A stretch of 64,000 bases of DNA. Origin: Thermoleophilia bacterium. Lineage in GTDB: Bacteria; Actinomycetota; Thermoleophilia; BMS3ABIN01. The notes below the pieces were generated by a model that had not been told where the DNA came from, made no database searches, and was given only the letters and a program-made list of their open reading frames with translations. The position numbers and the translations under genes are program-made. Positions 30,273 to 38,688 of this stretch are shown here, piece after piece. The stretch is taken from positions 1,477 through 65,476 of the forward strand of contig JBAZZU010000002.1 in the NCBI GenBank assembly GCA_041658605.1, written 5' to 3'. Position 1 is the stretch's first letter; each line of letters opens with the position of its first letter.

Positions 30273-31238
30273 CTATTTTTCCCTGACCTGCTGCCGCCAG
30301 TAATCAAGGGTGTCTTCAAGACTCTGCCTGAGCGTTATGTCGGCAGCCCAGGGATGAAGCGACTTCAGCTTTGATGAGTCACCTTCAACAACCGGTGTAT
30401 CCGACGGTCGCATCAGTTCGGGGATATTCTCTATTTTGGGTGAGATTCCCGCGATATCGAGCATCATTTCGAGTATCTCACTGATCGTGTGTGACTCTCC
30501 CGACGCTATATTATATACCTCTCCCGCCAGCCCGTGCGCCACCAGCAGATAGTATGCCCTGACGATATCCCTGACGTCGGTAAAATCACGCCGCGACTCA
30601 AGATTACCCACCCTGATGACCGGTTCGCGCATGCCCGCTTCGATCTCGGCTATCTGCGCGGCGAACGCCGGCACGACGAAATTGCCCACCTGCATCGGCC
30701 CGATGTGGTTGAACGGCCTGGCGACCACCACGTTCATGTCAAAGGCCTCATGATAGGCCAGGCCGACAAACTCCTGCGCCGCCTTGCTGACCGAATACGG
30801 ATTGTTTGGTCTCAGCGCCGCCGTCTCAGCCAGCGGCAGCTCCTGCGGGGTCACCCTGCCATAGACTTCGCTGGAGCTGATCAGCAGAACCTTTGCCTTG
30901 GGAGCGGCCTCCTGGACGGCCTGCATGAGTATCTGCGTGCCGACGACGTTCGTCTCCAGTATGGCGCCCGCCTGCTGCCAGGCGCCGGCTACCTGCGCGC
31001 GCGCCGCCAGATGGATGATGGCATCGGGATTCTCGATCCGAAGTATCTCATCCAGAAGTCCTCCGTCCGCCATATCGCAACCATGGACGTTCGGACCACC
31101 ATCATCAAACAGGCTCCTGAACCGGTCAGTCGGACCCAGCAGGTCCAGGCCGGCGACCTCAATACCATCAATGCCGCGAAGATACGAAGTCAGATGGCTG
31201 CCCGCGAAACCGGTTATGCCTGTGATCAGGATTTTCAA
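30273..31238 (-). CDS. NAD-dependent epimerase/dehydratase, probably GDP-4-keto-6-deoxy-D-mannose reductase (Rmd-like).
   Basis: ILITGITGFAGSHL Rossmann motif and YxxxK. It is adjacent to gmd. Confidence 0.6.
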   Translation of the reverse strand: MKILITGITGFAGSHLTSYLRGIDGIEVAGLDLLGPTDRFRSLFDDGGPNVHGCDMADGGLLDEILRIENPDAIIHLAARAQVAGAWQQAGAILETNVVGTQILMQAVQEAAPKAKVLLISSSEVYGRVTPQELPLAETAALRPNNPYSVSKAAQEFVGLAYHEAFDMNVVVARPFNHIGPMQVGNFVVPAFAAQIAEIEAGMREPVIRVGNLESRRDFTDVRDIVRAYYLLVAHGLAGEVYNIASGESHTISEILEMMLDIAGISPKIENIPELMRPSDTPVVEGDSSKLKSLHPWAADITLRQSLEDTLDYWRQQVREK

Positions 31239-31343
31239 AAATATCTCCCATTTGTTTCATCAACCCGGATGTGCCGAGTAGTGGGCACGAATTGAGATTA
31301 TAGCAACTCGCATTGTGTATTGAAGCCAGCGGGGGTGATATAT

Positions 31344-31371
31344 TATAATCATGCAAATATTTGAATATTCA
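31344..31371 (+). promoter_or_regulatory. Candidate -10 box plus a palindromic operator for the ArsR-family regulator.
   Basis: TATAAT at 31344-31349. A perfect 10-bp palindrome TGAATATTCA lies at 31362-31371, about 25 bp before the arsR-like start. ArsR/SmtB operators typically carry a TGAA...TTCA core. Confidence 0.4.
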
Positions 31372-31393
31372 CATATACACAGGGGCGTAGAAC

Positions 31394-31753
31394 ATGACTG
31401 ACGAGTTAAACCGAAAGCTATACGAGATGCACGCGGAGATCTGCAAGGTGCTGACCAATCCGAAGCGCATCGAGATCCTCAATCTCCTGCGCGATGGTGA
31501 AAGGTCCGTGGGCGACCTGGCGCTGCTTGCCGAACTGCCGCAGACCAGCGTGTCCCAGCACCTCTCCTTTTTGCGGCAGAAGGGCATGGTTGTATCGAGG
31601 CGCGACGGTTCGAGCATTTATTACACCGTCGCCAACGAAAAGATATTCAGTGCGATGGACATCATGAAGGAGCTGTTGCTGGAAAGACTGCAGGCGGACC
31701 AGGAACTTGTGGCCGGTCTTGCGGGGAGTCCGGCCTCAGCGGGGCGACCGTAA
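31394..31753 (+). CDS. ArsR/SmtB-family transcriptional regulator.
   Basis: HTH region ILNLL...SVGDLA...QTSVSQHLSFLRQKGMV. A single Cys. Confidence 0.8.
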   Translation: MTDELNRKLYEMHAEICKVLTNPKRIEILNLLRDGERSVGDLALLAELPQTSVSQHLSFLRQKGMVVSRRDGSSIYYTVANEKIFSAMDIMKELLLERLQADQELVAGLAGSPASAGRP

Positions 31754-31778
31754 AAAATTACAGGAGAAAGGCGGCACA

Positions 31779-32033
31779 ATGATGGATCCGGTTGTTATTT
31801 ATACCAGCTCTACGTGACACGACTGCCAAAAAGCGAAAGAGTTCTTTTCGCAAAGCGGGGTAGAGTACATAGAACGTAACCTGGAGGAGCCTGGAGTTCC
31901 CGAGGAATGCTTCGAGAGAACCGGGCTTATGACAAAGACTACTATGATAATCAGCGGCGAGGTTGTCAGCGGTTATGCAGCCAACGCCCAGCATGTCAGC
32001 GAATTGATCAATGACCTGAAAGCACGGGATTGA
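31779..32033 (+). CDS. Glutaredoxin-like thioredoxin-fold protein with an in-frame TGA at the first active-site Cys. This is a candidate selenoprotein with a UxxC motif.
   Basis: It translates as MMDPVVIYTSST-[TGA 31815-31817]-HDCQKAKEFFSQSGVEYIERNL...TTMIISGEVVSGY. This aligns to Grx/NrdH (VxIYT...CxxC...K...G; PxIxIxG..IGG). An AGGAGA RBS is present. A hairpin lies 16 nt after the TGA. Confidence 0.55.
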
Positions 32034-32100
32034 CAGAAGCGGGACTCAGCCGGAAGAACATGATCATTCAACTGGAAGAAAAAACGCGGGAGGTCGCGGG

Positions 32101-33255
32101 ATGGCTGGAAAAACTGTAATAGTTCTGGGTGGCGGCATCGGCGGCCTGGTGGCCGCCAACAGGCTTCATCATCTCCTCGGGCGTGATCACAGGGTCATCG
32201 TGGTCGACAAAAACTCCCGGCACAGTTTCACGGGCTCCTATTTATGGATTCTCAACGGGAAGCGTACAACCGGACAGGTTGAACGGGAATTATCCCGGCT
32301 CGAGCGCAAGGGCATCGATTTCATCAGGGGCGAAGTAACCTCGATCGACCCGGCGGCATCGAAAGTCACTGTCGGGGGAAAAGACCTGGATTACGATTAC
32401 CTGGTGGTTTCGCTCGGAGCCGAGCTGGACATGGGCTCAATCCCCGGCCTCTCCCGTGCGGCCATCAATATCTATGGGACCGACGGCCTGACCGAAGCCA
32501 GCAAGGCGCTGAAGTCTTTCAGCGGAGGCCGGCTGGTAATAGCCATCTGCCGCATGCCTTACAAATGCCCCGCCGCGCCCTACGAGACAGCCCTGATCGC
32601 GGACAACGTCCTGCGTTCCACGGGTGCGCGCGACACGACCGAGATCGAGATTGTCACATGGGAGCCGGCGCCCATGCCCGTGGCCGGTCCGGTGATGGGC
32701 CAGGCGATCCTGTCCCTGACTGAACCAAGGGGCATCAAATACCGGCCTAATTCCACGATCAATTCGGTCGATCCGGACACCAGACAGGTTTTGCTGGAAG
32801 GCGATGAGCCGGCGCCATATGATCTGCTCCTGACTGTGCCGCCGCACAAGTGTCCCCAGGTCATCAAGGACGCCGGGCTGACCGGCGATGCTCCCTGGGT
32901 GCCGGTGGATCCCGGTACGCTGGCCACGCAGCACGAAAACATATTCGTTATCGGCGACGCCACCATGATCAAGCTTCCCAACGGCAAGATGCTTCCCAAG
33001 GCGGGAGTTTTTGCCCACAAGCACGCCGAGACCGTGGCGCACGGGATAGCCGCGAGCATAAAAGGCAAGCCGCAGCCGAAACCGTACGACGGCGAAGGAT
33101 TTTGTTTCGTCGAGGTCGGCGACGGATCGGCGGGTTTCGCAAAAGGCAATTTCTACGCGGAACCCGATCCCGCCGTGAACGCGCGCAAACCCTCCAGGAG
33201 ACTGCACTGGGGCAAGGTCGCCTTCGAAAAGTACTGGTTCTGGAAGTACCTGTAA
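32101..33255 (+). CDS. FAD-dependent pyridine nucleotide-disulfide oxidoreductase, sulfide:quinone oxidoreductase-like.
   Basis: VIVLGGGIGG FAD motif. Conserved Cys in KCPAAPYE and a C-terminal Cys. About 384 aa. Confidence 0.55.
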   Translation: MAGKTVIVLGGGIGGLVAANRLHHLLGRDHRVIVVDKNSRHSFTGSYLWILNGKRTTGQVERELSRLERKGIDFIRGEVTSIDPAASKVTVGGKDLDYDYLVVSLGAELDMGSIPGLSRAAINIYGTDGLTEASKALKSFSGGRLVIAICRMPYKCPAAPYETALIADNVLRSTGARDTTEIEIVTWEPAPMPVAGPVMGQAILSLTEPRGIKYRPNSTINSVDPDTRQVLLEGDEPAPYDLLLTVPPHKCPQVIKDAGLTGDAPWVPVDPGTLATQHENIFVIGDATMIKLPNGKMLPKAGVFAHKHAETVAHGIAASIKGKPQPKPYDGEGFCFVEVGDGSAGFAKGNFYAEPDPAVNARKPSRRLHWGKVAFEKYWFWKYL

Positions 33256-33284
33256 GCTAAAGGCGCATCAGATTTCCAGAGTTA

Positions 33285-33310
33285 AGGGGCGCGCCTTCGG
33301 CGCGCCCCTC
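33285..33310. terminator. Bidirectional GC-rich hairpin terminator between convergent genes.
   Basis: AGGGGCGCGCC-TTCG-GGCGCGCCCCT: a perfect 11-bp stem with a UUCG loop. Confidence 0.6.
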
Positions 33311-33341
33311 TTAATTCAGGTCCAGTTACCTCGCCCGGCGG

Positions 33342-34031
33342 CTATTCCCTGCTGATCAGAATCATTCGTACCAGGGTCAGGATGGACATCAGCGCAGCCG
33401 CGACATATGTGAGCGCCGCCGCGGACAGCACCTTGCGGGCGCTTTTCGCTTCCTCGCCGACGATGATGCCGTTGTTCTGCAGGAGCTTCATGGCGCGGCT
33501 GGATGCGTCGAATTCAACCGGCAGGGTCACGATCTGGAATATCACGGCTGCCGTGAAAAGTACGATGCCTACGGTCATCAGTGGACGAAAAGAGCTGATG
33601 AAAATACCTGCCAGGAAAATCATCGGTCCCAGGCTGGAGCCGAAAGAAGCCGCGGGAACCACAGCCGAGCGGATCTTCATCGGGACATAACCATTCGCAT
33701 GCTGGATCGCATGCCCGGCCTCATGAGCGGCTACCCCGAGTGAAGCCAGTGAATCCTTGCTGGCAACCGCCTCGCTCAGCCTCAGGACACGCTTGCGGGG
33801 GTCGTAATGGTCCGACAGGTTACCGGGAATCACTTCGATCGGCACATCGGTCAGCCCTGCCTGGTCAAGCAGCCGCCGGCTCGCCTGGGCGCCGGTCATG
33901 CCGCTTGCGGCCTTGACCTGCGAGTATTTCTTAAACGTACTCTTGACCTTGAACTGCGCATACAGGCTCAGGATTATCGCCGGCACAAGCAGCAGCAAGC
34001 TGGTAAAGAAGATTGGTGATGCTGGAAACAT
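33342..34031 (-). CDS. YugP-family putative neutral zinc metallopeptidase.
   Basis: HEAGHAIQH HExxH motif and TM segments. Confidence 0.7.
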   Translation of the reverse strand: MFPASPIFFTSLLLLVPAIILSLYAQFKVKSTFKKYSQVKAASGMTGAQASRRLLDQAGLTDVPIEVIPGNLSDHYDPRKRVLRLSEAVASKDSLASLGVAAHEAGHAIQHANGYVPMKIRSAVVPAASFGSSLGPMIFLAGIFISSFRPLMTVGIVLFTAAVIFQIVTLPVEFDASSRAMKLLQNNGIIVGEEAKSARKVLSAAALTYVAAALMSILTLVRMILISRE

Positions 34032-34109
34032 ACTTGATTCCTCCTGGATGGTCTTGTCCCGCGGGAGCGGTCAAAGCAGATACATAAAATTATATCACAG
34101 AGGCGCCGT

Positions 34110-35027
34110 CTATCCAGCTGGCGGTTTCTTTATCGGAGCTGTCTTTCCAGACCCGGGTTCCAGCCTGTTCTTGAAATGGCCGTACTTGACTATCGCCATG
34201 AGTGTCGCGGCAAGACCGACTTCGATCAGCGTCTGCCAGAATCTTACCAGGATGGCGAAAGCCGTTGCGATCGCCACCGACGGTTCGCCATTATTGCCAA
34301 GGAAAACAAAGTCGAGAGTGAATGCGTAGACTCCTTCACGCACGCCAAGCCCGCTGGGAGAGATAAAGAAAAGAACCGAAGTCAGCCACGCCAGGGATGT
34401 GCTGGCGATAACGATGGGCAGATCGGTCCATGCGATCCCGGTGACGGTCCGCACGCTTGCGAAGAGCGCCAGACCGGATACGATCCAGAAAATACAGTAA
34501 TAGAAAAAGACCCAGATTATTTCCCGAAACGGCAGGAATACTTCGATAGTCTCCCGGCCTAGCTTTCTGAAGACAAAGTTGCCTACCCGTCCCAGGACCG
34601 CCGGATGCAATCCGATGATTGCCAGCGGCGGGATGATCAGCACGAGCCAGATGAGCTCAGAGAAACTCTGCAACTTGGGCCACAGGGGCAGCGCGATCGC
34701 CAGTACGGTTGTCGCCGACGCTGCCAGCAGCGCCTGCTCATAGGCCACACTGGTAAGCGTGACGCGTTTCGGCACGCCGTAGGGTTCGGTCATCATGACC
34801 CTGCCTACGATCATGAGCACGTTGCCGGGCACATACCTGGCCAGCAGCGATTTAAACCAGATATAGACACCGGGCAGGAAGGGCACGGAGTGATGAAATC
34901 GCCAGAGGATGATAAGCCAGCCGGAAGCATGTCCAATATAAAGGCCGCAGAAAAAAACAAATGAAAGGGCCAGCCAGGTAAAATCGAATTGCCAGTCATG
35001 GGATCTTATTTCATCCCAGTCAGACAT
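34110..35027 (-). CDS. UPF0104 / LPG_synthase_TM-like membrane protein. The true N-terminus probably lies upstream; see findings.
   Basis: Seven to eight TM segments. The frame stays open upstream of the annotated Met and encodes a TM1-like segment, KKALRLAVQVILVGIVFFFLGRKI, with no canonical start codon. Confidence 0.65.
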   Translation of the reverse strand: MSDWDEIRSHDWQFDFTWLALSFVFFCGLYIGHASGWLIILWRFHHSVPFLPGVYIWFKSLLARYVPGNVLMIVGRVMMTEPYGVPKRVTLTSVAYEQALLAASATTVLAIALPLWPKLQSFSELIWLVLIIPPLAIIGLHPAVLGRVGNFVFRKLGRETIEVFLPFREIIWVFFYYCIFWIVSGLALFASVRTVTGIAWTDLPIVIASTSLAWLTSVLFFISPSGLGVREGVYAFTLDFVFLGNNGEPSVAIATAFAILVRFWQTLIEVGLAATLMAIVKYGHFKNRLEPGSGKTAPIKKPPAG

Positions 35028-35225
35028 GATCTTCCTGCCCAGGAAGAAGAATACGATGCCGACAAGGATGACCTGAACCGCCAGACGCAGCGCTTTTTTT
35101 GATTTAGGAGTGATCTTTCCTCCCGGGAATTTGACACGCAGGCTTGTTGAGGACGCCGCAAAGTATATACTAATCTCGTCAGGAAAATCCCCTAAGACTG
35201 GTTGGGTCGGATAGAGGTATGGATA

Positions 35226-36173
35226 ATGTCTGAAGCTGAAATTAAGAAAACACGCGTCGGCGTCCTCATGGGAGGGTTCTCCCGGGAGAGGGAAATATCA
35301 CTTCGCTCGGGGCAGAACTGCCTTGAGGCGATACAGGAACTCGGCTATGAGGCGGTCGGCATCGACGTGGACCGTTCGATTGCCGAAACGCTGCGGCGCG
35401 AAAAAATCGGTTTTGCGTTTCTGGCCCTGCATGGCAAGTATGGAGAGGATGGCTCGATCCAGGGCCTGCTCGAAATGATGCAGATCCCGTATACGGGATC
35501 ACGAGTTCTGGCGAGCGCCATTGGCATGAACAAGGTCAGGACCAAACAGATCGCGTCCTATCAGGGAGTTCCCACAGCGCCCTTCGAGAGTTTCAGCAGC
35601 AAGCAGGACATGGCGGAGATAGTTCAAAAGGCCAAGGAGAAGCTCAGGTTCCCCGTCATGATCAAGCCCTGCGAGGAGGGTTCGAGCCTCGGTGTTTCCA
35701 AAGTCGACAGCCCGGATGATTTTGATGCCGCCATCACGAAGGCAAGAAGTGATTTCGGAGAAGTCATGGCCGAGGAGTTTATCGAGGGAGACGAGGTCAC
35801 GGTCGGGATGCTTGAAACGCGTCGCAGCCTCACGGCCCTGCCGGTGCTCCAGCTTAAGCCCAAGACGGATTTTTATGACTTCGAGGCCAAGTACAGCCAC
35901 GGCATGACGGAGTTTGTCGTGCCGGCGCTGATTCCCGACGAGACAGCCATGCTGGTACAGGAGCAGGCTATGAAAGTACACACTATCATAGGCTGCCGCG
36001 GTTTCAGCCGGGTTGATTTCATCATCGACAGTAGCGGCATCCCGCAGCTTACTGAGATCAATACGTTGCCCGGCATGACCGATACGTCCGATTTTCCAGC
36101 GCAGGCAAAAGCGGCAGGCATCAGTTATTCGGATCTGGTCGAGAAGATGCTGCGTTCAGCGATTCTGCCCTAA
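35226..36173 (+). CDS. ddl: D-alanine--D-alanine ligase.
   Basis: ATP-grasp motifs and the N-terminus VGVLMGGFSREREISLRSG. Confidence 0.9.
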   Translation: MSEAEIKKTRVGVLMGGFSREREISLRSGQNCLEAIQELGYEAVGIDVDRSIAETLRREKIGFAFLALHGKYGEDGSIQGLLEMMQIPYTGSRVLASAIGMNKVRTKQIASYQGVPTAPFESFSSKQDMAEIVQKAKEKLRFPVMIKPCEEGSSLGVSKVDSPDDFDAAITKARSDFGEVMAEEFIEGDEVTVGMLETRRSLTALPVLQLKPKTDFYDFEAKYSHGMTEFVVPALIPDETAMLVQEQAMKVHTIIGCRGFSRVDFIIDSSGIPQLTEINTLPGMTDTSDFPAQAKAAGISYSDLVEKMLRSAILP

Positions 36174-36205
36174 AGCCCCCGGCCGTCCTTTGAGAAAATC
36201 CGGGG

Positions 36206-36397
36206 TCAGTCGTCAGCCGGACGGTGCGACGCGGTTTCTTCCCAGGCTTCCCGCAGGATACCGCTGGCAACCTGGTCGTAATTGACCTCGTACCTGTTTT
36301 GCTCGAGCGACCTTTTAATGCGTTCCAGCCTGCGCTTGCGCTCAGCATGGTTTTGCGGGGAAATTTCTCTTACGTCAATTAGGGGCATTTTGTTCAC
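36206..36397 (-). CDS. Small FlgM-like anti-sigma-factor-family protein. Tentative.
   Basis: The C-terminal pattern RIKRSLEQNRYEVNYDQVASGIL resembles the FlgM C-terminal domain. There is no flagellar context. Confidence 0.3.
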   Translation of the reverse strand: MNKMPLIDVREISPQNHAERKRRLERIKRSLEQNRYEVNYDQVASGILREAWEETASHRPADD

Positions 36398-36566
36398 TTG
36401 TCCAAAGCGACTTCAAGTATCAGGCGTGTGGGCAATTTCCATCTGTTGTCGCCTCTCATAATTGATATCGGAGTCTGGTGCCCAATAAGTAGGATACTGC
36501 GAAATACCTTAAGAAAAAGACCACCGGATCTTTTGGCTCTGAAACGGTAATACAGGTACAATAATC

Positions 36567-37325
36567 TTGGTTTTGCAGGATAATAAAACACATCAGAGCA
36601 ATTTCAGATTTGGCGGCCAGTCCGCCAGTCTCGAAGGAATCAACTTCCTCGCCGGCAACGGTTTTGACTTCGCGGATCTGAACCTGAACGAGCTGGGCAA
36701 GATCCGCCGGGAAGAGTCAGCCATGCTGGAGGCAGCCGCGCGCGGCGGGATCTTTTTCGTCGCCCATGCTCCCGATCTTCGTGTGGACAACAAGGAAGGG
36801 CTTGCCAGGATAAAGGAAGCCGTCATGTATTCCGCCCGCTTCAGGCCCAGGACCATAACAATTCATCCGATCCTTGCCTCGCCATCGAACACGCCTGAAA
36901 TAATCAGGGTCAAGATCAGGGAGATCGTGAAGCTCGCGGAACTTGCCGCGCAGTTCGGCGCGAAGATCGCCTGCGAGAACACGGCCGAAGTCGCGGCCGA
37001 CATGGCCGACGTGCTGGCGGCCGATCCCGGAATCGTACTGACACTGGACATCGGCCATGGCGAGCTGCTCGGCGAAGAGAATAAATCCCTGGGTTTTATC
37101 AGAACCTGGCCGGACCGGATCGCCCATGTCCATATCCATGACAACGTGGGCGGCAGCACTCACTTCGAAGACCTGCATCTTCCCCTTGGCGAGGGCAGGA
37201 TCGATTTCAAACCGATCATGGAAGCGCTGGCGCTTCTTCCCCAGGAAGTCACGATCACTTTTGAGATGCCGCGGCACAAGGCCCTGGAGGGACTTGAGTG
37301 GTTGCGCGAACGTGGACTCGCATGA
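36567..37325 (+). CDS. Sugar phosphate isomerase/epimerase, xylose-isomerase-like TIM barrel.
   Basis: AP_endonuc_2-type motifs: ENT, HxHD, and HVHIHDN. The start is uncertain. Confidence 0.6.
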   Translation: MVLQDNKTHQSNFRFGGQSASLEGINFLAGNGFDFADLNLNELGKIRREESAMLEAAARGGIFFVAHAPDLRVDNKEGLARIKEAVMYSARFRPRTITIHPILASPSNTPEIIRVKIREIVKLAELAAQFGAKIACENTAEVAADMADVLAADPGIVLTLDIGHGELLGEENKSLGFIRTWPDRIAHVHIHDNVGGSTHFEDLHLPLGEGRIDFKPIMEALALLPQEVTITFEMPRHKALEGLEWLRERGLA

Positions 37326-37951
37326 CGGCCATGAATTACATATACAGGGCCAGGGGCAATATATACCTCAATATCACCAACCGCTGTTCATCGGACTGCA
37401 CGTTCTGCCTGGCGAAATTCACCGACAAGGTATTCGGTTATGATTTGAAGCTCGAGGTCGAGCCCGAGCTGGAAGACATTCTGCGTGACCTGGAGCTCGA
37501 ATTCATCGAAGGGTCCGTGGAAGAAGTCGTCTTCTGCGGCCTGGGAGAGCCCACCATGCGTTTCGAGGAATTACTGAAGATCGTGGAATGGCTCAGGCTG
37601 AGGAGAATCCCGTCCAGGCTCGACACCAACGGCCACGGCCAGCTGCTCAATCCCGGGCATGATGTCGCCATGGAACTGGCCGCCGCCGGGCTGGATTCCG
37701 TTTCCATCAGCCTTGTGGCCCACAATTCGGAAGTTTACAATCAGATCAGCAGGCCCATATTTAGTAAGGCATTCAGGGCTGTGCTGAAATTCGCAGAGGA
37801 TTGTATCCGCGAAGGGATAAAGGTAACCATGAGCGTGGTTGACCTTCCTGAGGTCGATATCGAAGCCTGCAGAAGCATTGCGGGAAAAATCGGAGCACAA
37901 TTCCGTATCCGGAAGCTGATCACGCCGGAGTCGGAGGAGGTAAAGGCTTGA
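37322..37951 (+). CDS. Small radical SAM protein.
   Basis: CSSDCTFC CX3CX2C motif. About 200 aa. The ATGA start overlaps the upstream stop. Confidence 0.6.
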   Translation: MTAMNYIYRARGNIYLNITNRCSSDCTFCLAKFTDKVFGYDLKLEVEPELEDILRDLELEFIEGSVEEVVFCGLGEPTMRFEELLKIVEWLRLRRIPSRLDTNGHGQLLNPGHDVAMELAAAGLDSVSISLVAHNSEVYNQISRPIFSKAFRAVLKFAEDCIREGIKVTMSVVDLPEVDIEACRSIAGKIGAQFRIRKLITPESEEVKA

Positions 37952-38655
37952 ACGAGAACAGGGCGCCGCGTATATTGCTGGTCGATGATGAAGAAGCCAT
38001 CCAGAAGCTGCTTACATATCCCATGGAAAAAGAGGGTTACGACATCGTGCAAGCCATGGACGGGGAATCCGCGCTGGAGAAGTTCCGCGAGCAACCGTTC
38101 GACCTGGTGGTGCTGGATATCATGTTGCCGGGGATCGACGGCACCGATGTCTGCCGTATCATCCGCGCCGAAAGCACGGTGCCGATCATAATGCTCACGG
38201 CCAAGTCGGATGAGTTCGACAAGGTCCTGGGCCTCGAGATAGGCGCCGACGACTATATCACGAAACCATTCAGCATCCGCGAGTTCCGCAGCCGCGTAAA
38301 GGCCCAGCTGCGCCGCATGCAGATGGTGGCCCAGCCGGCCGACTCGAAACGCGAAGTGCTAGAGATTGAAAAGCTGCGCATAGATTTTCTCAAGCGCAAC
38401 GTGTATATCTCCGAACAGAAGGTGGATCTTACCTACAAGGAGTTCGAGCTGCTGAAAACGCTGGTCAGCCATCCCGGCCGTGTTTTCGGAAGGGACTCGC
38501 TGTTGCAGCTGGTCTGGGGCGACGCCGACTTCCGTGACCCGAGGACGGTAGACGTGCACATACGGCATTTAAGGGAAAAGATCGAACCCGACCCGCATGA
38601 CCCCGAGTACATATTCACTGTCCGGGGCGCGGGCTACAAATTCAGGGATATGTAA
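37948..38655 (+). CDS. OmpR-family response regulator.
   Basis: Receiver domain plus a winged-helix domain containing GYKF. Confidence 0.9.
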   Translation: MNENRAPRILLVDDEEAIQKLLTYPMEKEGYDIVQAMDGESALEKFREQPFDLVVLDIMLPGIDGTDVCRIIRAESTVPIIMLTAKSDEFDKVLGLEIGADDYITKPFSIREFRSRVKAQLRRMQMVAQPADSKREVLEIEKLRIDFLKRNVYISEQKVDLTYKEFELLKTLVSHPGRVFGRDSLLQLVWGDADFRDPRTVDVHIRHLREKIEPDPHDPEYIFTVRGAGYKFRDM

Positions 38656-38688
38656 TATACCGTCCGCCTGCGGGCGGGCAAACAGTCC

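Noticed and set aside
31758-31994. 78-aa minus-strand ORF.
   Set aside because: It is antisense to the Grx-like reading frame, which has a family match and an RBS. Only the in-frame TGA hides the Grx frame from the track.
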